Origin: Bdellovibrionota bacterium | GTDB lineage: Bacteria > Bdellovibrionota_C > UBA2361 > OMIW01 | Direction of reading: 5' to 3' | Length of the DNA stretch: 64,000 bases | Assembly: GCA_044235645.1 (NCBI GenBank) | Contig: JBIIHQ010000007.1 | Coordinates: forward strand, 34,628-98,627 | Shown here: positions 9,141 through 16,905 of the stretch, piece after piece | Layout: each line of letters starts with the position of its first letter | Numbering within the stretch: position 1 is the first letter of the stretch | The notes under the pieces: model-generated | Databases searched by the model: none | Seen by the model: only the letters and a program-made list of their open reading frames with translations | What the model was told of the DNA's origin: nothing | Position numbers and translations under genes: made by a program

Positions 9141-9163
9141 CGAATAACTCGCCCTTGCTCTGT

Positions 9164-9195
9164 GAGCGAAGAGGGCTTCACTCCTGTGTTTTTTT
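9164..9195 (+). terminator. Orphan plus-strand intrinsic terminator
   Basis: Stem GAGCGAAG (9164-9171) pairs with CTTCACTC (9176-9183) with one mismatch and loop AGGG. CTGTG and T7 (9189-9195) follow. No plus-strand gene is recognisable upstream. Confidence 0.45.
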
Positions 9196-9520
9196 GATGA
9201 GGATTCACAATCGCAAGAAGGGCGAGCCGACGGCCCCCCGAACCGCAACCCCGATGGCTGCCTCCGCAGAAGATGCGAGGAGATACCTCGACAACGAACG
9301 AGTCGGCTCTCAATGCGCTCGATATCTGGGGGTTGTAGGTGAAAGCACTCAGACAATTCTGCGTCGGGCTTACCTTTTCGATTCTTTATTAGAACGGTCT
9401 CTCTTCGGATGAGACGCCTAGACATTACGAGGGAACGGCAGTTCCGCGGTCCTCTCGACGCGTCGACATTGAGAATCAAAATCAGAACAACCCCTAAAAA
9501 AACATCCGCAAAAACGTCCG

Positions 9521-9551
9521 AAAAAAAAAGGGCACCGTACAAACGGAGCCC
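9521..9551 (-). terminator. Rho-independent terminator of small ORF 9637..9852
   Basis: On the minus strand, GGGCUCCG-UUUGUA-CGGUGCCC forms an 8-bp stem with one mismatch, followed by U9 (complement of A-run 9521-9529). Confidence 0.65.
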
Positions 9552-9636
9552 CTTGTGCAATCAAACCTCTTGTCTTCCCACCTACGCAGCTTCGAGAAGC
9601 CACACAAATCTCGAAGATCAAGAGAGCCTGCGGAAA

Positions 9637-9852
9637 TCACTGCGGGCTCACAGTCCTGCAATTGACCCCCCTGTGCTCACAATCCACCGAGTAGGGTACT
9701 CGGCCATTCGAGTAACCCCCCGCCCGCGAAACGATCACGGGTGAGGTCGAGGGACGCCTCGCTCCGGGATTGTTTCCTGGACCCCCTGCCATTGCAGGAG
9801 AAGTGGTGAAGAGCCCAAGGGCAAAGGCCAGTGCGATGCTGATGCAGTTCAC
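9637..9852 (-). CDS. Small secreted Cys-containing protein (signal peptide, C-terminal Cys-x6-Cys)
   Basis: 71 aa with a GTG start. The signal peptide is MNCISIALAFALGLFTTSPAMA|GG. The mature part is Gly/Pro/Arg/Ser-rich and ends ...VDCEHRGVNCRTVSPQ. It has its own promoter and terminator. Confidence 0.45.
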   Translation of the reverse strand: MNCISIALAFALGLFTTSPAMAGGPGNNPGARRPSTSPVIVSRAGGYSNGRVPYSVDCEHRGVNCRTVSPQ

Positions 9853-9875
9853 GTTGGAATGTCAGAAGACCCCTC

Positions 9876-9905
9876 ATCATAGAACGCCGTACCACTTGAA
9901 GTCAA
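9876..9905 (-). promoter_or_regulatory. Sigma70-like promoter of ORF 9637..9852
   Basis: The minus strand reads TTGACT (9900-9905), an 18-nt spacer, then TATGAT (9876-9881). The -10 context GGCGTTCTATGATGAGGGG resembles that of the 8774..9034 unit (GGTGTTCTAATATGTGGGAG). Confidence 0.5.
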
Positions 9906-9944
9906 GATTTCTGACGAAAAAAGTGCCCTCACCCGTTTTTCTGC

Positions 9945-9959
9945 CGAGAAGCCTTCTCG
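9945..9959. promoter_or_regulatory. Perfect 7-1-7 palindrome CGAGAAG-C-CTTCTCG upstream of promoter 9876-9905
   Basis: Read directly. It lies about 39 bp upstream of the -35 element of the 9637..9852 unit. Confidence 0.3.
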
Positions 9960-10387
9960 CCGAAACCGTCGCCGGAGGGTTCGCCTCAGTGTGGAGGAGA
10001 AGCCCCCTCAGAGGAATCAGTGCGCAAAAAGGGGGGATCGGGACGGTTCATGACGAACCGAAGCGCAGGGTGCCAGGCGGGGATTTTTCTTGGTTGAGGC
10101 TATATCGCTGATCTGCAGCGGCTTTTACCCGGCGGCAACGCGAGGGCGGTTCGAACTCTTTCGATATTCTTTTTTTTGGCTGTAAATTCGGCTCAGCAAA
10201 ACAGCCATGCAGCTGCTGGCACCTTGGACCTCCGACCCGACCCGAGCCCCCCTACCGCCTCCTCTCAGGAGCAGGATTCATACGCCGTATTCACATAGCC
10301 CAAATATCATTTGACGGAGGGGGGGGTGAAGGCTTACCCTCTTCTTATGAGTATTCGACACCCCCCGCCCCCCTCCGAAGGGGCGCC

Positions 10388-12094
10388 ATGGGCGGGTTGA
10401 GGCACGTCTTTCACAGGTCACGGCGAGTAGTCAGGAGGTTCCGCGGTATGGATTCGAAGGTGAAAAAAGATTCCTTGCTAAGGAAACCGTCTTCGCAAAA
10501 AGAGCAGGCGCGACATTCTCGGGGCATGATGTTCCTCGAAGCGGCGATGCTGTTGCCGATGGCAGCGGTGGTCACTGTCGGGTTGGCGTATTATGCCAAT
10601 GCCTATGTCACCAAGACGCGGCTGGGTGATAGCGCTCGGGTGATTGCTCGGGCGATTCAGGACGACCCAGGGATTACTCAGGGGGGGCTTTGGAGCAGTG
10701 CGGGTGACCTCGAGCGCGTAATTTCGGAGGCCACCGGGACTAGCGAGGAAGCACCAGCCGGGTTCAATGTAACGACTTACAAGAAATGCAATCCGGAGCT
10801 CGCAAGCTCCTCAGATGATTCTGCTCGAAGACACTTCGAGACAGCCGGCAGGTTTGAGAAAAGAAGAGGCGTTTTCGGCGACTGCAACGTAGAGTCGAAA
10901 GTCGGTGAAAGAGATGTTCGCGTAAGCATCGCTTCGCATGCGACCCGTCCGTCGAAGAGCCAAATTGAAGGGATTATCCCTCCCGACGGCGCAGACGCAA
11001 ACGGAATTCATCCCAGCGGCAGAGCCCACTCACCCGGTTACACTTTTGGTTGGAAGTACGCGAATCCAAACCCGAATCCTGCCAAGCCGTACTGGGTATC
11101 CGTGGTCACAAAAAAGCCCGTTCCACAGATATCATTGTTTGGCTGGACATTTGGGAGCTCTCCAGCACTTGTGAATCATGCAGTGGTACGGGTTGTGCCA
11201 GATCCAAATAGTATCACCCTCTTTCAGCACTGTACGTTCGGGGACCAGCAACCTGGTTTCGTCGCCACCATCAAGCCAGGCCGCTATGCCTCAATGGCTG
11301 AACTTGGCTCGGGGGAATTGGGGTGGTCCATGGATAATCAATTGTCGTCCCTCCGCATTCCCCCCGGAACGCAAGTAACACTCTACGATGGAGAAAACTT
11401 CACGGGTAATTCAATAACGCTCACGGAAGACGCCGGGTGTCTCAACGCGTCAACCCAGAACTTCAACGACCTCACTTCGTCGTTGGTGGTTGAGCGGACT
11501 CCTGCGAGCGTGAGAGTGGACTATTCCAAGTGCCGAAAAGTTTCGAACCAGGGTGAGGGCCCGATATACGTTTCGAGGATAAACTGCGAACCCGGCGAAT
11601 TCCTTGCAACGCACTCGGCCTATTGCGAGGTTCCCGGTTCAAAGATTTGTGCCGGAACTTCGCGGGGGTTCATGCACACCAACGAAGCAACCCCCACGTC
11701 GGCTACTGTTGACTGCTTCTCTGACAATTGGACCGGCGAAGCGTGTAGCTACGTTGAGGGGCTTTGTTGTCCGACGGGAGGGGAGGTACCGACGAAGGCT
11801 CCAGACCCCCAACCGAAGGCTCCTGACCCCCAACCGAAGGCTCCTGACCCCCAACCGAAGGCTCCAGCCCCCCAACCGTATGAATGCCGGAAACCTGGTG
11901 GGTGGTCAAAGACCTGCCCCATCGCTGGCTATGGAGGCCAGGGGAATTATGGGGATTGTGTCAATGTCGGTCAGGAGAGGACTAGGTATTGTACCGGGGG
12001 GTCGTTGATATCAAATGGCGTTAAGATTGGGGTAAAGTGCTCCACCAGCGGCGGAGCGATTGAGTTTTACGAGCTCGGCACCTGCTATCGCTAA
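10388..12094 (+). CDS. TadE/TadG-type pseudopilin-leader protein fused to beta/gamma-crystallin domain, PKAPDPQ repeat and Cys-rich C-terminal domain
   Basis: The N-terminus ...HSRG|MMFLEAAMLLPMAAVVTVGLAYY has Gly then Glu at +5 and a hydrophobic helix, as in a TadE-like/class III signal. Residues ~276-370 carry two Greek-key-like motifs (ITLFQHCTFGD...NQLSSLRI; VTLYDGENFTGNSITL...NDLTSSLVV). A 4x PKAP(D/A)PQ repeat follows. The C-terminal region has many Cys. Confidence 0.6.
   Translation: MGGLRHVFHRSRRVVRRFRGMDSKVKKDSLLRKPSSQKEQARHSRGMMFLEAAMLLPMAAVVTVGLAYYANAYVTKTRLGDSARVIARAIQDDPGITQGGLWSSAGDLERVISEATGTSEEAPAGFNVTTYKKCNPELASSSDDSARRHFETAGRFEKRRGVFGDCNVESKVGERDVRVSIASHATRPSKSQIEGIIPPDGADANGIHPSGRAHSPGYTFGWKYANPNPNPAKPYWVSVVTKKPVPQISLFGWTFGSSPALVNHAVVRVVPDPNSITLFQHCTFGDQQPGFVATIKPGRYASMAELGSGELGWSMDNQLSSLRIPPGTQVTLYDGENFTGNSITLTEDAGCLNASTQNFNDLTSSLVVERTPASVRVDYSKCRKVSNQGEGPIYVSRINCEPGEFLATHSAYCEVPGSKICAGTSRGFMHTNEATPTSATVDCFSDNWTGEACSYVEGLCCPTGGEVPTKAPDPQPKAPDPQPKAPDPQPKAPAPQPYECRKPGGWSKTCPIAGYGGQGNYGDCVNVGQERTRYCTGGSLISNGVKIGVKCSTSGGAIEFYELGTCYR
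11789..11878 (+). repeat. In-frame 21-bp tandem repeat encoding (PKAPDPQ)n linker
   Basis: Residues 468-497 read PTKAPDPQ-PKAPDPQ-PKAPDPQ-PKAPAPQ-P. The nucleotide units CCGAAGGCTCC(T/A)GACCCCCAA are nearly identical. Confidence 0.9.
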
Positions 12095-12414
12095 GTATCC
12101 CGGCGTGGGGACGGGATTGGGGCATCCGTTACTTCGGTAACCCAGAACTTCTCCGCGCATGGCAGAAATCAAACATAAAATTGCTCTGAGGTCTTTTCTG
12201 GGGATCACTTGTTGCGGGCCCATGAACAGAAGGAACAAAGACCTCGGGCGAAGAGGGGCGGTAGAATCGCCCCATGCAAGGCGGGCTTCAAAGGATATCG
12301 GAACTACAAGTACTATGGGAATCTGACCGGCAACGACATCCGGGAGCGTTACCCTGACCGCAGCTGGACCAAAGCTCCCCAAAGGCAGCTCGCTGCGCGC
12401 CCTTTATTTTTCGA

Positions 12415-13356
12415 TTACACCTTCTCACGAACCGCGCGGCCCAGTATCCCATTCGGCCGAAAGAGAAGAATGAGAATGAGCACTGAGAAGACGACTGCGT
12501 TTGTCCAGCTCGTTGCGAGAAACTGATCGGAAAGGGCGCGGATAAGACCGATCGCTATGCCTCCGACGCACGCTCCTGCAAGACTTCCGATCCCCCCCAA
12601 CACCGCCGCTGTAAACGCATCCATCCCAACCCGATATCCCATTTGAAAGAAGATCGTATTGTTGTAAATGGCGTAGACAACACTCGCAAACCCCGCGAGC
12701 GCACCTCCGAGAAAAAAGGTGCCGCGTATGACCGTGGTCGAGGGTATACCACAGAGCTGGGCCGCTATCGGGTCTTGGGCTACCGCCCGCATCGCCCGAC
12801 CGAATCGGGTGCCGTGAACGAGAAACGAGAGGAGCACGAGGATCGGTATCGTCACTGCAAAGACGAAAAGATCTCGGTACGACACGTACACATCTCCGTC
12901 CCAGATTGGTGCTGCTGAAATTAGAGCGGGGAAATCTTTCGGCGCCGCTGCTGCCGTTCCTCCATCGAACACAGACAGAGGCATCCCCCCCCAAAAAAGG
13001 CCGACATTGAGGAGAATATAAGACACCCCTATAGCCGAAACGAGTGCAACGAGCCTCGGTGCCGCTCGGAGGGGCTGATATGCGAGCCGATCTATCGCCA
13101 CATTGATCGTACCGCACCAGAGAGGCACGACTGCAAGGAGGATAATGAGGGTGCCAAGCGGGTAATCAGCAATAAAATGGCCTCCAAAAAGCCCCACCAG
13201 TGTGAGGGCGAGAAAGGACCCCAGCATGAATACATCGCCGTGCGCGAAATTGATCAACTCAACGACCCCGTACACCATCGTGTACCCAAGCGCAATCAGA
13301 GCGATAATCCCGCCGTTGGCGAGCCCGGTAAGGAGCTGTTGGAGGAGGAGCGACAT
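12415..13356 (-). CDS. livH: Branched-chain amino acid ABC transporter permease (LivH family)
   Basis: 313 aa. MSLLLQQLLTGLANGGIIALIALGYTMVYGVVELINFAHGDVFMLGSF is a typical LivH N-terminus, and the protein has multiple TM segments. Confidence 0.85.
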   Translation of the reverse strand: MSLLLQQLLTGLANGGIIALIALGYTMVYGVVELINFAHGDVFMLGSFLALTLVGLFGGHFIADYPLGTLIILLAVVPLWCGTINVAIDRLAYQPLRAAPRLVALVSAIGVSYILLNVGLFWGGMPLSVFDGGTAAAAPKDFPALISAAPIWDGDVYVSYRDLFVFAVTIPILVLLSFLVHGTRFGRAMRAVAQDPIAAQLCGIPSTTVIRGTFFLGGALAGFASVVYAIYNNTIFFQMGYRVGMDAFTAAVLGGIGSLAGACVGGIAIGLIRALSDQFLATSWTNAVVFSVLILILLFRPNGILGRAVREKV

Positions 13357-13412
13357 GCCCGGCCTTCTTTCAATGTATTACCCTGTCACCGCCCCATCGC
13401 ACGGATCCCTCC

Positions 13413-14684
13413 CTACGGTTTTTTGAGCTCTGATAGAAACTCGAACACCCCATGACGGACGATGTTCCCCGAGAGAACTTCGAGGGTGGTATCGCCATTG
13501 GCGTCAAACGACCACGTTCCGAGCGCCCCCTGATACTCCTTTGTCTCACGAAGCGCCTTTAGTATCGCAGCGCGATCCCGTTTGCCTACCTTCGCAATCG
13601 CCCTGAGCACAACACCAGCAGCGTCGTAACCATACACTGCGTACCCCTCCGGCTCGCTAGCGAACTTCGCCTTGTAGGCATCGTAAAACTCCTTCCCTTT
13701 CCCCTTGAGGAGCCGGGGAGGAAGACCAGAAAAGGTGACGTAGGTCCTATCATTTAGCTGTTCCGCTCCTGCAGCGCTGATAAACGCCTGCTCGAAGCAG
13801 CCATCGGGAACCATAAAAGCCGCATCAACTCCCGCGGCCCGAAGATCCTTGGCGACCTGACCTGCATTCGATTGCGTCGTTCCCCCGAAATACACGAGAC
13901 TCGGGCGGGTAGCGCGGATCTTATTGGCAAGCGCCTTGTAGTTCGCCGCCTTGGTGTCTATTCCTTCGAATCCAACTACTTCGAGCCCTATCGCGACTGC
14001 TGTCTTGTTGAATATATCAGCGATACCTTTTCCGTACAGCTCGCGATCATGAAGGATGAAGACCCGCGTCTTACCGAGGTCTTTTGCCCACTGAGCCCCA
14101 GCCGGTCCCTGAATATCATCTGCAGGCACCGTCCGAAAAAAGGTAACCGTTCCACTCGGACGATACATCCGTGGCTCTCCCGGGCCTCCCAGTCCCTCCT
14201 TGGTCAGCCCCGGCCACGATGCCCCCGGGCTAATTTGCGCCAGACCAGCGCGATTGAGCTTCGGTGACGATATCTTTGCTGCCCCCGAATTGTACGGCCC
14301 AATATACGCGACGACTGATGGATCGCTTATCGCCTTATCTGCGTTTCCTCCCTCGACGACCGGGTCCCAGGCTCCCCGCTCGGGAGAGGCATCGTCCCAG
14401 TCTTCGAATTGGATTGGCATTCCTGCCACAACACCACCCACCTCATCAATCGCCAAGCGAATCCCATTCACGATGCTGGTTGTCTGGGCATTCGCACTAC
14501 CGGTGCGGGGGAGGCTTGAGACGATTGTGATGGTGTCTTGTGCGATAACGGAGGATGAACCGGTCCACGCAAGGAGCGCAGCAATTGCTGCCCGCCGGAC
14601 TGTCGTCCCTACTCGGCGAACGAGCCCCACCCCTTGTTCCTCTCGCCGTGAAGCAAAAAATACCTGCATCATGCATACTCCCAT
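13413..14684 (-). CDS. ABC transporter substrate-binding protein, Leu/Ile/Val-binding (LivJ/K-like) family
   Basis: A signal peptide (AALLAWTGSSSVIA|QD) precedes a type I periplasmic-binding fold, with motifs VAYIGPYNSGAA and YFGGTTQSNAGQVAKDLRAAG. It sits directly upstream of livH. Confidence 0.8.
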   Translation of the reverse strand: MGVCMMQVFFASRREEQGVGLVRRVGTTVRRAAIAALLAWTGSSSVIAQDTITIVSSLPRTGSANAQTTSIVNGIRLAIDEVGGVVAGMPIQFEDWDDASPERGAWDPVVEGGNADKAISDPSVVAYIGPYNSGAAKISSPKLNRAGLAQISPGASWPGLTKEGLGGPGEPRMYRPSGTVTFFRTVPADDIQGPAGAQWAKDLGKTRVFILHDRELYGKGIADIFNKTAVAIGLEVVGFEGIDTKAANYKALANKIRATRPSLVYFGGTTQSNAGQVAKDLRAAGVDAAFMVPDGCFEQAFISAAGAEQLNDRTYVTFSGLPPRLLKGKGKEFYDAYKAKFASEPEGYAVYGYDAAGVVLRAIAKVGKRDRAAILKALRETKEYQGALGTWSFDANGDTTLEVLSGNIVRHGVFEFLSELKKP

Positions 14685-14723
14685 ATTCTCAGCCCTGACT
14701 CCGCGTACTTCTCCGTTCGGCCC

Positions 14724-16802
14724 TCACCCTGCGAGAGATACCTTCGCCTGCTCCTGAAGGTGCGTGATCACCGACGCCATCCACCCATCAACCTCATCGT
14801 GCGCGAGGGCCCGATCAGGGTGTTGGAAGGTGAGCCGGTATGTCACCCGTCGCACGTCCTCTCCCTCCTTCAAGAAAAGGTCGACCGGCTGAACCGCCGT
14901 GAGGAACTCGAGCTTCATCCCCTCAATACTGTGCACGACCACGCTACTCCATTCGCGGGTTGGGATCGCAAGAGTGATATCGCGCCGGATTGAAGGGGTA
15001 TTGGCGACCTGCTTGGCGGAGAATTCTTTCATCACCTTCATCAGAAGGTGAAGATCGAACTCACCAACGATATGATCGAACCGATACTTGTGCGCTGCCT
15101 TGATATCAGGATGGATCAACCCAAACGCTCCCACCCGGGTTGAGCCAATTTTAAGCTCACCCTGATATCCAGGATGCAGCCATGAATGACGCGATTTGAC
15201 AATCTGGGGAATAACAAAGAGTCCTCGCCCTATCGCCAACAGCACCCCTTTTACATGAAGCAGCCTGTCCTCTATGGAATCCTCACGCCCCCACTCTTCG
15301 GTATACCATCGACCCCCCACTCCGATCGAGAGGACCTCTCGCTCAAACTCGAAAGGCGAATGGGCATGACGCTCTTTGCTGAAGAGACGCGCCACTTCGT
15401 AACATTTTACCGATGTCGACCCGTGGCGGAGGTTATGTTCAAGCAGCCCCGCAATATGAAGAATGTTAGTTCCTTTCAGAAGAGCGTTACTCCGGTCGAT
15501 CGCATTACTGATCCTGACATGTTGCTCGAGATACCCAGGAGAAAGCTCCTCGAGCGGTGCAATATCGGTCGGAGTATAAAACCCTTTGGTGATCACTTCG
15601 TGAAAGCCGTTCCCGTGAAGGGGGGTTCTCATATGCCCGATAACCTCCTCGCGGGGAGAACGCTCCGGCATGACCGGTTCTCGGAGAGGCAGCTCAATCT
15701 TAACCCGATGGAGCCCGATACTTCGGACAACATCCTCGACGACATCCTGCTCATGAGAGACATCCCATAGTCGCCAGGATGGGACCACTACCACCGCCTG
15801 CTTTGAATTTGACGCGGGATCGAGGGTATATCCCAGATATTTGAGGCGCGAGGTCACCTCAGTTTCATTCAATCGGGGAAGATTCATCTCATCCCGCACG
15901 CGCTGATAGGGGAGAGTAATTTTGCGCACCTCTCGTTGCCCCGGGGGGACAACAGTCAGACCAAGCGGGTGTGCCGATGAGGCATCCTTAACCACCCCCG
16001 AGGCTCCTCGGGCGAGATACACGAGCCGCTTGAGCGCAAATACCACCTGCTCAGTGTCGGTCCCCCGCTCGAACAGATGCGAAGCATCGGTGGAAAGACC
16101 CATAGCACGAGCCGTTTTTCGAATCGCCACCGGGTCAAAGGTAGCTGATTCAACAAGCACCCGCCGCGTTTCGGGGGTGACCATCGAATTCGAGCACCCG
16201 ATGACCCCTGCGACTGCGACAATTCGGGATCGATCCCGAATCACGACCGACCCCGAAGGAACCCGGTAACTGTTCCCATCGAGAGCGGTTATCGTTTCCT
16301 CCTGAGTCGTTGCCGTGACAACGATCTCGCCCTGAATCTTATCCCGATCGAACACGTGGGTCGGTTGACCGAGCTCCATCAAGACGTAATTGCTGACGGC
16401 AACGAGAGGATGACGTCCCTGCTGCGCTCCTCCCGGCACCAAGACCTCAGAGCGGGGAGCCATTTCACCCGACGCGCTCATCTCGAGCAGTGCGTACCGG
16501 GTACAAAGCGCGGTGTCATTCCGCACTGGAATCGAAACCCCCTTTTCGGGAAGATCGGTCGCGATTGAAACAGTTCGAAGGGGAATCAAGAGACGCGCTG
16601 ATAGCTCCCGAGCAGCACCAAGGGCGCACCCGTGATCGGCCCGGTTCGCGAGGGTCTCTATCGTAAAGACCGTGTCTTTTGCCTCAGTTGTTTCGATTGC
16701 TTTAACCTCGAGGCCCGCCTCATCAAGATGAGTGCGAATCTCGCCTATTTCGGCCGTCGGAAGGTCGAGCATCTGTTTGAGCATGGAGAGATAGAGCTTC
16801 AT
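14724..16802 (-). CDS. pheT: Phenylalanine--tRNA ligase beta subunit (short form lacking the N-terminal tRNA-binding OB domain)
   Basis: 692 aa, immediately downstream of pheS. The N-terminal B1-like segment ...LDEAGLEVKAIE is followed within ~10 residues by FTIETLANRADHGCALGAAREL (the TPNRxD motif). B3/4, B5 and the C-terminal anticodon-binding-like domain are recognisable. Confidence 0.9.
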   Translation of the reverse strand: MKLYLSMLKQMLDLPTAEIGEIRTHLDEAGLEVKAIETTEAKDTVFTIETLANRADHGCALGAARELSARLLIPLRTVSIATDLPEKGVSIPVRNDTALCTRYALLEMSASGEMAPRSEVLVPGGAQQGRHPLVAVSNYVLMELGQPTHVFDRDKIQGEIVVTATTQEETITALDGNSYRVPSGSVVIRDRSRIVAVAGVIGCSNSMVTPETRRVLVESATFDPVAIRKTARAMGLSTDASHLFERGTDTEQVVFALKRLVYLARGASGVVKDASSAHPLGLTVVPPGQREVRKITLPYQRVRDEMNLPRLNETEVTSRLKYLGYTLDPASNSKQAVVVVPSWRLWDVSHEQDVVEDVVRSIGLHRVKIELPLREPVMPERSPREEVIGHMRTPLHGNGFHEVITKGFYTPTDIAPLEELSPGYLEQHVRISNAIDRSNALLKGTNILHIAGLLEHNLRHGSTSVKCYEVARLFSKERHAHSPFEFEREVLSIGVGGRWYTEEWGREDSIEDRLLHVKGVLLAIGRGLFVIPQIVKSRHSWLHPGYQGELKIGSTRVGAFGLIHPDIKAAHKYRFDHIVGEFDLHLLMKVMKEFSAKQVANTPSIRRDITLAIPTREWSSVVVHSIEGMKLEFLTAVQPVDLFLKEGEDVRRVTYRLTFQHPDRALAHDEVDGWMASVITHLQEQAKVSLAG

Positions 16803-16905
16803 GGTGTACTCGCGTATCGTAGTAAGAATCGAGTGAGTTAAGATTCAAGGAAATAAAATTTCCATCAGACCACAGGTCTGAGCAGAATAACGGAGCAACC
16901 GCGTC

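Noticed and set aside
11789-11878. I considered the short tandem repeats as a CRISPR-like or minisatellite array.
   Set aside because: The repeats are contiguous with no spacers, are in frame, and encode a PKAPDPQ linker inside a long ORF.
12011-12382. I considered the 123-aa minus-strand ORF downstream of livH as a possible livM remnant.
   Set aside because: It has no TM helices or LivM-like motifs, and the sequence looks non-coding.
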